Part shown: in pieces, positions 53,544 through 63,900 of the stretch
How positions within the stretch are numbered: position 1 is the stretch's first letter
Layout of the letters: every line of letters starts with the position of its first letter
Source: an uncultured Planctomycetota bacterium
Lineage (GTDB): Bacteria; Planctomycetota; JAJSAM01; JAKLKS01
Assembly (NCBI GenBank): GCA_964370855.1
Contig: CAYJMF010000001.1
Location: 5,905 to 69,904 of the forward strand
Direction of reading: 5' to 3'
DNA length: 64,000 nucleotides
The notes under the pieces: model-generated
What the model was told of the DNA's origin: nothing
The model's input: only the letters and a program-made list of their open reading frames with translations
The model's database searches: none
Made by a program: the position numbers and the translations under genes

Positions 53544-53945
53544 ATGCCCAAGCACAAGAAGTCGTTCCCCTGCGGCCATGTCGGGTTCGGGCAGTTCTGT
53601 CACCCCTGCCGGGACGCGGAACGGGCGGAGGCCAAGCGGACGGCGGCGGTCGAAGCCCGGCGGCAGGAGAAGGCGGCAAAGGCCGAGGTCCTTGACGCCT
53701 CCCCCGTCCCTCTCGACGGGCTCCCCGACGCCGTCCAGAGGAAGGCGCTCGAAGTAATGGCCGCCGTCGCCGCGGGCCGCCCGTGGCAGGAGTTCCGGGG
53801 GAAGAAAGTCGATTCCCGGCGCGGCGTCCGCGTCGTTGTCCCCCACGGCTGGTCCTACCGGCTCCTGTTCAAGTGGACCGGGAGCGGCGGCCTCGTGCCC
53901 GAGAAGGCGCTGTCGCACGAGGCGTACAACGGGTTGTTCTCATAG
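53544..53945 (+). CDS. hypothetical zinc-ribbon protein
   Basis: ATG 53544 with GGAGGAG SD. N-terminal CGHVGFGQFCHPC. C-terminal VRVVVPHGWSYRLLFKWTGSGGLVPEKALSHEAY. Confidence 0.5.
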   Translation: MPKHKKSFPCGHVGFGQFCHPCRDAERAEAKRTAAVEARRQEKAAKAEVLDASPVPLDGLPDAVQRKALEVMAAVAAGRPWQEFRGKKVDSRRGVRVVVPHGWSYRLLFKWTGSGGLVPEKALSHEAYNGLFS

Positions 53946-53955
53946 GAGGTGTTCG

Positions 53956-54750
53956 ATGGCAGGGCGCAAGTCAGCCGAGCCGGGGCCTCCTGTGATCAAG
54001 CAGTTCACCGCCGCAGAGATTGACCGCGCAATCCCTCGCCTCCGCAGGAGGATAGATGAGACCCGAAGACTCCTAGCGGATCGGGTTCAGCGCAACGACG
54101 CGAGAGTCGAGGAGGTTGTAGACCGGATCCGCGAGGACATCCTCGCCATCTTCGGTCCCGACTCCCCTCAGTACCGCGCCCACCGTTACCTGAGCATCTA
54201 TCAGGGAACCAGGTACATGGGCATGTCTGACTACGAGTCTCAGGCCAACTTCGAGGCCGGGATCCCACAGGCCGTAGGCACGCTTGAGGGGTTGATAAGG
54301 ACTCTGGAGGAACGGCGGGCTGAACTTGGCGAGGATCCGGGCGCTCCTGCTCGCGCTGCTCTAGAGGGCGCGGACCTTCACCCGAGCATCGCGGCGGCCA
54401 GCATGGACCTATTCCGGAGTCGCAACTACCGGAACGCCGTCCTCGACGCCTGCATCGCGTTGGTCAACCTCGTGAAGGAGCGGTCCGGGAGGAACGACCT
54501 CGACGGGGCTCCGCTCATGCGGACGGTCTTCTCCCGACGGGGACCGATACTCGCTTTCAACGACCTCGCGGACCAGACCGACGAGGACGAACAGGAAGGG
54601 ATGATGCACCTGTTCGAGGGAGTCTGCCTTGCCCTCCGAAACCCACGGGGGCACGCGCTGGAGCAGGACACCCCCCAGGAAGCGATGGAGGCTCTCACCA
54701 TCCTGAGCATCCTCGCCAAGCGGCTGGAGGGGACGAAGAAACGGCCGTAG
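53956..54750 (+). CDS. HEPN-domain (Rx4H) Abi-like protein
   Basis: ATG with AGGAGG SD. C-terminal LFEGVCLALRNPRGHALEQD contains the HEPN Rx4-6H motif. Confidence 0.7.
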   Translation: MAGRKSAEPGPPVIKQFTAAEIDRAIPRLRRRIDETRRLLADRVQRNDARVEEVVDRIREDILAIFGPDSPQYRAHRYLSIYQGTRYMGMSDYESQANFEAGIPQAVGTLEGLIRTLEERRAELGEDPGAPARAALEGADLHPSIAAASMDLFRSRNYRNAVLDACIALVNLVKERSGRNDLDGAPLMRTVFSRRGPILAFNDLADQTDEDEQEGMMHLFEGVCLALRNPRGHALEQDTPQEAMEALTILSILAKRLEGTKKRP

Positions 54751-54869
54751 GGCGTCGGGACCCACTCCTCAGGGGCCAGTCAGGTGACGGGGATCGTGGC
54801 ACCCGCAGACCATCCAGCGGATTGCCTCGTTGTTTGGTCGTCTCCACCCAGGTGCCTAGGATCGCGGGG

Positions 54870-55112
54870 ATGAACTACATCTACCGTCGCGACTACACCC
54901 CGGGAACGGGCCACGCGGCCGGGGGAGCCGTCGTAACCGGACTCACGGGACTCGGGCTCCGAGTTGCCCTCGGCCGCGTCGGAGTCGCGGCCCTCGGCAC
55001 CGCCATCGGCGTCGGATTCTGGCCCATGGTCCTCGGCGGTACGGTCCTGGGCGCTGGGATCGGATGGGCCTCGCACCGCTTCTACGAGGCCACGCGCCCT
55101 ACTCTCGGCTAG
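54870..55112 (+). CDS. small Gly-zipper membrane protein
   Basis: VTGLTGLGLRVALGRVGVAALGTAIGVGFWPMVLGGTVLGAGIGW; two TM helices with GxxxG repeats. Confidence 0.45.
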   Translation: MNYIYRRDYTPGTGHAAGGAVVTGLTGLGLRVALGRVGVAALGTAIGVGFWPMVLGGTVLGAGIGWASHRFYEATRPTLG

Positions 55113-55551
55113 TAGCCCTCGCCACCTTCACGCCGCCCGTTCCGATATCGGTAGCCTCCGGTCTCGGAAGGGCCACTCGATTCCGATGTCTGCGGCTGGG
55201 GAAGTCCCGAGAGCGGGCAGACAGACGCGATTCCTGCCGAACCGCGCCCGCGGGAACTGGTTAGAATGCGGTGTCGCCTTCCAGGTCGCCGTGTAGAGGG
55301 GCCGGGCGACGGAGTCGCCATTCTTGCAGAGTTTCTCTAGCAGGGCGGCCTGACCCGTCCCCGCACCCGAGGTGCGGCGGCGGGACCGGCCGAGTCGGGA
55401 GGTAGCCCCCCTCTCGGGCCGCCCAGCATACGACCACCAACGCCGGGTGATAGTCCGGCGTGGTTCTAAGCAGGGGCCTTGTCGCAACCTGAGCAGACGA
55501 ACTGGGGGAGGGGCCACGCGCCTCTCCCCCATCTCCTTCCGACGGCAACTG

Positions 55552-56208
55552 CTACTCGGACCTTGTCACCGCAGCGTAAAGGACTTGGGCAAGCGGCGTC
55601 ACTCCGACCTCTAGGTGATCGAAGTCCCGAGTCGGCGGCGGCGGCAAGACGCGGGTATTTCTCCCGACCCGGGTGTGCCTCGACAGGGTCTTCAGCAACC
55701 CGTTCGCCTCTAGGAGCAGGACGGAGTGTGCTTCCGCCGTCCTGCGATCCGCGGCGACTCCGATTGCGTGGCTCGGCCCCTGAGCGCAGTACTCGACGGC
55801 GGTCTTGAACACCCGGGCGTCGAGCGGGGAGAAGTCCCGAAGCAACCGGATGAACATTGGCTGCTGCGCTGCGTCGCGCTGGACGCCGGACACCAAGAGG
55901 TGGGCCCACATATCCTGAAGCGTCGCGTCGTCCATGTAGCCCGCCGCCTCGATGACCGGGAGCAGGAAGGACGGGGGAACGATCCGCGCCGCGACCTTCA
56001 TCTCCTCCATGATCTCCTTGGCGCGGGCCGCCATCCGCACGCGGTTCTGCCACTTCCACATCTCCACCTGATCCGCGATGGCGCTCCCGGCGACCTTCAG
56101 GGGTTCCCCTAGTAGGCTCTCCACGAAGCCGACGGCCGACTTCACCACTGGCTCGGGGACACCGGCCAGCGACTTTAGGATGGAGACGGCGGTGGACGGC
56201 TCGGGCAT
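55552..56208 (-). CDS. Abi_alpha (DUF4393) family abortive-infection protein
   Basis: LLPVIEAAGYMDDATLQDMWAHLLVSGV...MFIRLLRDFSPLDARVF matches Abi_alpha signature blocks. Confidence 0.75.
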   Translation of the reverse strand: MPEPSTAVSILKSLAGVPEPVVKSAVGFVESLLGEPLKVAGSAIADQVEMWKWQNRVRMAARAKEIMEEMKVAARIVPPSFLLPVIEAAGYMDDATLQDMWAHLLVSGVQRDAAQQPMFIRLLRDFSPLDARVFKTAVEYCAQGPSHAIGVAADRRTAEAHSVLLLEANGLLKTLSRHTRVGRNTRVLPPPPTRDFDHLEVGVTPLAQVLYAAVTRSE

Positions 56209-56227
56209 AGTCCCTCCTTGGATGCGA

Positions 56228-57142
56228 TCAGGGGGTCATTCCCCAACACGGGCCGAGCGTCACAAGGGTCGGATCGGACACGACGGCCGGGGCCGCGAAG
56301 TCCGGGGATTCCACGATTGCGGCCATTTCCCTCGCCAGGTGCAGCAAGATCGGAAGGGCAAAGTCCCACGCGCTCCTGAAGCCCCACGCCCTGAAGTCCA
56401 CCACCTGCATGTGGCGGAAGTCGAAGGCCCGGTTGTCGAACCGCACGCTCTCGTTCTTCCCCTTCGGGCTGACGAAGGCCCCGTTGTTGTGGACCGTGTT
56501 CCTCACGAGGCGCATGAGATTGAACATCGGCTTGGCCCTCTTTCGTTTCGACCGAGCGACCACCCACGAGTAGATGCTCTCGAAGTTTGCCGCCCCGCCC
56601 TCGCATGCAGCCGGGTCCCCCTCTCGTACCATGGATCGAAGGCTCGTCTCCATCACCGAGAAGATGGCGTGGAATAGCCCGACCCCGACGAACCGCATCA
56701 CCTCGTCCGAGACGACGGCCCTGTCCTCCGCGGATGGCACACGGTCGAACTTCCCCTTCCACCATTCGGGCGAGTGCAAGTCGTTCGTCTGGAAGGCGGT
56801 CAGGACCAGGGCGGTCTGGGCAATGCCGTGTACCCGCCAGAAGAAGGCCAGTCGCGCATCGCGGTCCCTGTCCCATCCGGGATGTCGAGCCTCCAGGTCG
56901 CGCCCGGCAGCGGCGTAGGTGTCCCGAAGGAGTTGGATGCCCTGAGTGAGTTCTATCGTTGGCACGGCTTCTCCCTCCTCGGTCTCTCTGGCTTCACCCG
57001 ACATGGATACCATCACTTCGCGCGGAACTGGTCCCGAGCGGCGAGAGGTTGTCCCATCGCTGGGGCTAGGGTCGATCTGCAAATGAGAGCGGGCCGCACT
57101 CTTCCTCCCGAAGAGGGCCACCCAGTTGACGAACCTCAACAA
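56228..57142 (-). CDS. hypothetical protein (possible HEPN-like)
   Basis: Co-operonic with Abi_alpha. LMRLVRNTVHNNG is a weak Rx6H candidate. Start uncertain (57013 MVSMSGE is an alternative). Confidence 0.45.
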   Translation of the reverse strand: MLRFVNWVALFGRKSAARSHLQIDPSPSDGTTSRRSGPVPREVMVSMSGEARETEEGEAVPTIELTQGIQLLRDTYAAAGRDLEARHPGWDRDRDARLAFFWRVHGIAQTALVLTAFQTNDLHSPEWWKGKFDRVPSAEDRAVVSDEVMRFVGVGLFHAIFSVMETSLRSMVREGDPAACEGGAANFESIYSWVVARSKRKRAKPMFNLMRLVRNTVHNNGAFVSPKGKNESVRFDNRAFDFRHMQVVDFRAWGFRSAWDFALPILLHLAREMAAIVESPDFAAPAVVSDPTLVTLGPCWGMTP

Positions 57143-57887
57143 CGGTGATCTCCGGGGCGATCTTGCCCCGCTCGTTCGTGAGTTCCGCGCACACGCAGAG
57201 ATCGCCGTACATCCTGAGGATCACTCTCCGAGGAGCGGACCCTACGACGAAAAACTTCCTCTGCCGAACCGCTGCGCCATCTCCGGCCGCATTGGCAATG
57301 AGGATCGACCACAGGAAGACAAGGGACCCGACGAACACTTCTGGTCCGAAGCGGCGCATGACCGGCGTGGCTGGTCCCTCAACCGTCTGCTCGAACTGGT
57401 CCTGTGCCTCGATCTTCGCTGCGAGTCCCGGGACCCTCCCGTACCGAATGACAGCCAGCAGGATGTGAAGTATCGCTGGTAGGAGAACGAAACCGAGCAT
57501 CCACAAGTGCTTCGACGGTTGTCCTCCGTAGGCGAAGAGGACTCCAATCCAGAGGAGGATCCCCACCCCTGTTCCGGATAGGGGTCCGCGGAAAGGCGCG
57601 GGGAGGTTCTGGAACGCCTTTCGGAATGAGATCCAACAGAGGAAAACGACCGAGGCCACCGCTACCACCGCCATGCAGGCGTCCAGTACATGAGAGCCAC
57701 CCAAGGATATCAGCCCCTTCGGGATCCGGAAGGCCGCGCAATACCCCTCTTCGTAGGAGAACGCTACGCCGAAGCTGATGAGTGGCAGCACCGCCGCAAT
57801 GAGAGTGTCCGTAACCCACGACCGCTTGGGAGGTGGAACTCCGGCCTGAACAGGCACTTCGTGTTCGGGCGTGCTGTCGCCAGTCAT
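57066..57887 (-). CDS. membrane protein with about 4 TM helices
   Basis: ATG 57887. Hydrophobic stretches LIAAVLPLISFGVAF, MAVVAVASVVFLCWI, GVGILLWIGVLFAY, LGFVLLPAILHILLAVI. Confidence 0.6.
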   Translation of the reverse strand: MTGDSTPEHEVPVQAGVPPPKRSWVTDTLIAAVLPLISFGVAFSYEEGYCAAFRIPKGLISLGGSHVLDACMAVVAVASVVFLCWISFRKAFQNLPAPFRGPLSGTGVGILLWIGVLFAYGGQPSKHLWMLGFVLLPAILHILLAVIRYGRVPGLAAKIEAQDQFEQTVEGPATPVMRRFGPEVFVGSLVFLWSILIANAAGDGAAVRQRKFFVVGSAPRRVILRMYGDLCVCAELTNERGKIAPEITVVEVRQLGGPLREEECGPLSFADRP

Positions 57888-58182
57888 CCGGGAATCGTAA
57901 CCGCCCGAACGCCCCGCTTCGCAGTCGGTTCCACGAGGGACATTGCCTATCAGAATGGGCCTTCTCGATGGCATTCGGAGGTACGGATGCCTGATGGAGA
58001 TGGGCAGGAGTACCGCGTTACCAACATCCATTGAACGCCGGAGGGGTTCTCCCCGCACTTCCAGAGCACCGGGACGCCTCGTCCCGCCCACGAAATCGAC
58101 GGTCACCAGACACGGCCCGCCACACCCGGGCTTTCGGACGAGCACCGGCGCGTCCTTCTCCGGTAGCCTCAAGCGGAACAAC

Positions 58183-59397
58183 ATGCGCCCAACGACCCTC
58201 GCCGTTCTGGCCGCCGTCGCCTTTCTCCTCCCTTCTTCCGCGAGCTCCGCCATTGCGGAGAGCGACCGGGCGACGGCCCTCCCCCCCCTCCCACTGCGCA
58301 CCCAGGGCCGCTGGATCGTGGATGCCGAGAGCCGCCGCTTCAAGCTCGCCGGCGTGAACTGGTACGGTGCGGAGCAGAAGGACCATGTCGTCGGCGGGCT
58401 GGACCGAGCCCCGCTGGCGGACATCGCCCGGTCCATCCGGACCATGGGCTTCAACTCCGTGCGGATCCCATGGTCGAACGAGATGCTCGAGAAGAACCCG
58501 AAGGTCGCGGACGCGTGCCTCGCGGCCAACCCGTCCCTGAAGGGGAAGAAGGCGCTCGAGATTCTGGACGCCGTCGTAGACGCCCTGGCAGCCGAGGGGA
58601 TCGTCGTCATCCTCGACAACCACATGAGCGATGCCGACTGGCCCAACGGAGAGGGGGACGGGAACGGCTTGTGGTGGAACGACCGCTACCCGGAGAAGAG
58701 CTGGCTCGCCGACTGGCGGACCATTGCCCGCCGCTACAAGTCGAAGCCGGCGGTCATCGGCGCCGACCTCCGCAACGAACCGCGGCCCGCCATCCTGAAG
58801 GACGGGAAACGCCGGGTCCCCATCTGGGGAGGTTCGGACCCGGAGATCGACTGGGGCGCGGCCGCGGAGCGGGGAGGCAACGCTGTTCTCGATGAGTGCC
58901 CCCACTGGCTCGTCTTCGTGGAGGGCGTGAACTTCGCCATGGACTTCTCCGGAGCGCAACCGAAGCCAATCCGGTTCAAGGTGCCGAACCGCCTGGTCTG
59001 GTCCCCCCACGACTACTCGTGGTTCCACAATGGCCTCCGGTCCCTCGAGGAACTGCGCGAGGACCTCGGGCGGCAATGGGGCTTCCTCCTCGTTCAGGAC
59101 GAGGCATGGACCGCACCCGTGTGGGTGGGCGAGTTCGGGACGCCACACGGCGCAAACGGGGACGTCTACGCTTCCTCCGGCGCCGGGCTCTGGTATGCGG
59201 CCTTCCGCGACTACCTTTACCGCGCAGACATCGACTGGTGCTACTGGGCCCTGAACGGGACACAGTCCCGCGGTGCGACCCGCACCGCCGGGGCGGAGGA
59301 GACCTTCGGCGTCATGGACCGGGAGTGGAAGGGCCCGGCCCTGCAGCGCCATCTCGATGCGCTCAGGACGCTACAGCCGGCAACGCAGGGGCCCTGA
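58183..59397 (+). CDS. secreted glycoside hydrolase family 5 (cellulase-like)
   Basis: Signal peptide MRPTTLAVLAAVAFLLPSSASSAIA. GH5 acid/base IGADLRNEPR (NEP) and nucleophile VWVGEFGTP. Confidence 0.8.
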   Translation: MRPTTLAVLAAVAFLLPSSASSAIAESDRATALPPLPLRTQGRWIVDAESRRFKLAGVNWYGAEQKDHVVGGLDRAPLADIARSIRTMGFNSVRIPWSNEMLEKNPKVADACLAANPSLKGKKALEILDAVVDALAAEGIVVILDNHMSDADWPNGEGDGNGLWWNDRYPEKSWLADWRTIARRYKSKPAVIGADLRNEPRPAILKDGKRRVPIWGGSDPEIDWGAAAERGGNAVLDECPHWLVFVEGVNFAMDFSGAQPKPIRFKVPNRLVWSPHDYSWFHNGLRSLEELREDLGRQWGFLLVQDEAWTAPVWVGEFGTPHGANGDVYASSGAGLWYAAFRDYLYRADIDWCYWALNGTQSRGATRTAGAEETFGVMDREWKGPALQRHLDALRTLQPATQGP

Positions 59398-59580
59398 ATC
59401 CGCGCAGGCGGTCCTACTCCCGTCGTCCTCCCGCCTCGGCCCTCGGTGGGCATGGCGGAGGTTCCGGGCCGGGATCCCTGGGGCCCTTCAGACTTCTGTG
59501 CCGCCGTCGGAGCCGCCATGTTGTTGGAACCGGGATGCCCCTGAAGCGGCATCTGGGCGCGCCCGTCCTCGGCTTCCTTC

Positions 59581-60786
59581 CTATTGGGAAAGGACCTCCT
59601 TCAGCAGGGTGCCCAGCCGCTCCTCGACGAGCCGGGCGATCCGCTCGCGGGTATGGAGGATCTCCCCTTCGCGCTCCAGTATGGCGAGGAAGTCAATGCG
59701 GGCCTGATCCCTGGCGGAATAGGTGCGCTCCCAGTGGATCCGAAGGGCCCTCCTCTGCGGCGGTTCGAGGAGCCTCACGGCCGCGTCCCACTCCGACTCG
59801 AAGTCGCGGCGCGCCGCCGCCAGGGCCGCCTTCCGCTGCTTCCTCCTGCGGGAGGCGGCGTGGAGCGAAGTGAGGATCTCCTCGGCGACCTGTTCCGCCG
59901 TGGCCTCGGGACGCCCCGCCAGAAGGGCCTCGATGGCCTCGTTCGTGGATGTGAGGTCCTCCCTCGGCATGTCCGTGGGCAGTTTCTCGTTGACCAGCCG
60001 GTACACCGCCGCCCTCCGCGCCTCCTCCTGGGCCCGCCGGCGCCGCTCTAGGTACGGGCCCATGGACCGGCCCAGCGCCTCCTGGATCTGCGACTTCCCG
60101 GGGAGAACTCCCGGACTGCAGCGGGCAAGGAGGACCTCCAACTCGCGAACAGCCTCGGACCGTTCTTCGGGCTGCAGGTCGCCGGGCAAGTACTTCCTGC
60201 TCAGGGTCTCGAGTGCCCGCCGCCTCCAGGCGGCCAGGGCAGCCGGATCCATGGGAATCGGTGCAACGGGGCGCACCTTGGAGACCCGTGGCGACGGCAG
60301 AGACGCCCCATCGAAGGCCTCGGGAGGGCCCAACTGAGTACCAGACTCCCCCATTCCGAGCACTCCCAGTCCATCCGTGGTGCAAGAAGCCCGGAAGTTC
60401 CCCGCCCCCGGGGGGGGCTGTGGGAGCAGGTAATTTTGGTCACCTGCGAGGCGCAAATTAGGGGGGCAGAACCCGGGGGCGGAAGGGGAATTTACAGGGG
60501 GGGCGGAACCTGGGGTCGGGCTCGCAGAGGCAAGGGGACCCTCGGATCCAGATGACCTCCGCGAGGGGCCTTTCCGGAGGTCGTCCGGAAGCCCACCAAG
60601 GACTCTCCGGACCGACCGTGGCGAGATGTTCAACTCGCGGGCGATGGCCTTTCCGGATAGGCCCTGCAGGTGGAGGCGCACGACCTCCTCGCGGTCAATC
60701 TCCCGTGGCCGCCCTCCGGAGGCCGGTGCGGGCTCCTTTCCGGCGCCCTTCGTCTGGGCCCGCTTCGGGGCCTTCTTCCTGGCCAT
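59581..60786 (-). CDS. DNA-binding protein with N-terminal resolvase/sigma-70 region-4-like HTH
   Basis: EVVRLHLQGLSGKAIARELNISPRSVRRVL is a HTH_23/LuxR-like motif. Remainder low-complexity and helical. Confidence 0.55.
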   Translation of the reverse strand: MARKKAPKRAQTKGAGKEPAPASGGRPREIDREEVVRLHLQGLSGKAIARELNISPRSVRRVLGGLPDDLRKGPSRRSSGSEGPLASASPTPGSAPPVNSPSAPGFCPPNLRLAGDQNYLLPQPPPGAGNFRASCTTDGLGVLGMGESGTQLGPPEAFDGASLPSPRVSKVRPVAPIPMDPAALAAWRRRALETLSRKYLPGDLQPEERSEAVRELEVLLARCSPGVLPGKSQIQEALGRSMGPYLERRRRAQEEARRAAVYRLVNEKLPTDMPREDLTSTNEAIEALLAGRPEATAEQVAEEILTSLHAASRRRKQRKAALAAARRDFESEWDAAVRLLEPPQRRALRIHWERTYSARDQARIDFLAILEREGEILHTRERIARLVEERLGTLLKEVLSQ

Positions 60787-60930
60787 GGTCGGAGTCCTGC
60801 GTGGGAGGAGCGAAGAGGACAACCCGGGGCCTCACTCCCGGGACCGCCAGTCTACCGCCTCGCCCATGGCGGGTGGGGCATGGCGCTAGGCGGAAACTCG
60901 ACCGCCGTACGGAAGTGCCCCGTGCCGAAC

Positions 60931-63900
60931 CTATCGGACGACGACTTCGACTCCGGCCGCCGGAGCACCGAACTCCCCAAGATCCCGTTCGCCCCCCTCG
61001 AGGAAAACGGAGATCCGCACCCTCCCCTCGGCGAGCCCGCCAAGGCGGAACTTCCCGTCGTCCCCCGGCCAGGCCTGCACCAGCGTGGGCACGGGCACGG
61101 ACTGCCGTGCCATGAGGAGCTGCACCTTCACCGGCTTCCCGTCGCCGTCGAGGAGGCGCCCCTCCAGCACGACCCCGGGCGCCACGCGCACTCCCGCTTC
61201 CCCCTGGTCCGGCCGGACCGGAGACTCGGCCGCGCCGGCCGCGAACTCCCCGCCCTCTCCTCCGGCAGCCACGATGTACTCCCGGTCTTCGAGTCCCCCG
61301 AGGGTGAACCGCCCGTCGGACCCGGTCACCGCCCTCGCGGCCATGCTGACCGCATTCGGGTCCTCGCCCGTGCGCCAGGCGCGTACCACCACCCCGGCCG
61401 GTGCGGCGCTCCCGTCGGCCAGGAGCACGCGCCCCGCGATGGAACGCCCCACCGTCAGGACGACCTTCACCCCCGTCGCGCCCGGTGCCACGCCCTCGAC
61501 CCTGGCCCCCGCCGTCCCGGAGAAGTCCCCCCTCTCCGCCACGATGTCGTAGGTGCGCCCCGTCCTCAGGGCCGGGGTGTTGAACTCCCCCCACATCCCC
61601 ACAGGCACGGTCGTGGCCTTGTCCCCGCCTTCCCCCCGGGGAACGATGGTCAGGGTCCCCTTCCCCTTCCACCGGCCGCCCGCTTCGTCCACGAGGAAGC
61701 CCGCGATGGGGAGTCCGCGGTGAAGACGGACCTCCAGGTTCTCCGTCCCCGCGGCCACGCCCTCCAGGCGCGTCGGGGCATAGAGCCCGGCCTGGTTGCT
61801 GTCCCCCTGGTAGGGGTCGGGGTCCACGAGGATGTCGTAGGTCCCGGGCTCGAGCCCTCCGAGTCGGAAGGTCCCGTCGGGGAGGGAGCGGCCCTGCCGC
61901 CCCTGGCCGGGAGGAACCGGCCGGGCGAAGAGGCGCATGGCCAGTGCGGCGGGGCGCCCCTCCTCGTCCACGAGCCGCCCTGCGAGGGCGAGCCCGCGGC
62001 GGAGGGACAGCCGAAGGTCCCGGGTCCCCGTCGCGACGCCGCTCCGCTGGACAGGAACGAAGATCCCGTCCCCCTCCTGGTCCCCCGCCGTGACCTCGTG
62101 GGGACCGTCAAGGAGACCGGTCACCGTGAAGGTGCCGTCGGAGCGGGTCAGCGCCCTTCCACTGCTCCAGCGGTCGCCGAACTGGCCCGCGGCCCTGACC
62201 GGGACGCCCGCGACCGACTCCCCCGTGGCCCCGTCGAGGGCGACCCCGCCGATGGAGCCGAGGGACTCGAGGACCAGGGCAAGCGGCTGCCCGCCGGGAC
62301 GGGCCCGGAGCCGGGCCGGCAGGAGGCCGGGCGCGGAGACGATGACCTGGTACTCGATGTCCGCGAGCCCCCCGACCGCGAACTTGCCGTCGGCGCCGCT
62401 CACGCCGCGGATGGCCATGAGGTAGGTGGGCCCCCACGTCTCCTCCGCGACGACGACCTCCGCTCCCTCCACCGGCACCCCCTCGCCGTCGAGGATGCGA
62501 CCCTCGAGGCGGGATTCGGGCGCGAGGCGAACGGAGACCTCCTCCCGTTGCTCCCCGGGCTCGAGCTGCAGGGTGGGGCCGCGGGAGGGGCCGAAGCCGG
62601 GAGCCTCGGCGAGAAGGGTCACCGTCCCGCTCCGCACCTCCTCGAACCGGAAGGAGCCGTCGGCGGCGACGGGAGTCATCCCCCCGTGCCACTTCCCGCT
62701 CTCCCAGAAGTTCATCCCCGGGCGGCCCTCCGGGCTCCCCTGCAGAAGCCACAGGCGGGCACCGCCGACCGCGGAGCCGTCGGGCGCCGTCACCCGCCCG
62801 GCGAGGGAGGAGCCGGGATGGTCCACGACGACCACGGTGATGCCCGTCGCCTTCCCGCCCTCAGGCAGGTCGAAGGGGTCCGACTTCCCCCACCGGCCCC
62901 CGGGGCCGGGGACGAAGGCGGTGACCGTGACCCCGGTGCCTGTGCGGACTCCCTCCAGTCGGTAGTCCCCGTCCAACCCCGTCGGCTCGGCGACACCTCC
63001 GCTCTGGAACCCCGTGGGCCCCGCATGGAGCATCGCCCCGGCCAGGGGGTTCCCGTCGCGGTCCACGACTCTCCCTTCGACCACCGCCCCCGCGGGAAGG
63101 GCGAAGTCGCGGATCACCTCGCCGGACTCCGGCAGCTCCACGACGAGGGACTCCGGAGCCAGACCCTTCTGGAGCGCCTGGGCGGACCAGGGCGGCTGGT
63201 CGGGGTGGTGGTGGAGGTCGTCCCCCACGAAGAAGAGCGCCCGCTTCCCGCCGCGGGTGCGCAGGAGGTAGCGCCCCTCCGTGTCGGCCTCGGTCCGCGG
63301 ACTCGTGTCCCCGTCCTGCCCTTCGAGGAGGATCGTCACACTGGACCCGGGTAGCGGGGTTCCCGCGGTGTCGGTGATGCGGCCACGCACGACCACGCCC
63401 CTCTCCAGGGGAAGGTCCAGGCGGTAGGGAACACCGTCCTCGAGGGGAGGCCTCTCGGACGGAGGGGGGCTGAAGGCGTTGGCGAGGAACCCCTCCTTCT
63501 CCGCGGACACGGTGCAGAGGCTGCCGGCGGGAAGGTCGCGAAGGACGAAGGTCCCGTCGGGGTTGGAGAGCGCGGTGGGGTAGGTGCTTCGGAAGGGGGA
63601 GCCGCCCGCGGTGACCCAGGCGACCACGGACGCTCCTTCCAGGGGTGCCCCCGTCGCGGCGTCGAGGACCCGGCCCTCCATCCGGGCTCCGTCCTCGAGG
63701 ACGAGGTCGAGGCGCTCCGGCCCGGGGAGGAGAACCGACCCCATCTCCTGCACGGTGCCCGAGGGGAGACGCAGGCGGATCTCGAGGAGCCCCGGGGTGA
63801 GGCCCTCCATCCGCCAGAGGCCCCGGGAGTCGGTCATGCAGCTGAGGTGGCTGAACCCGGCCGTCCGGGCGTCCCAGGGTGGGGATAGCAGGACCTCCAC

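Noticed and set aside
58015-58050. attR direct repeat of the tRNA-Gly 3' end
   Set aside because: Only ~60% identity over ~25 nt with indels. Genuine att cores are near-exact. Needs computational repeat search.
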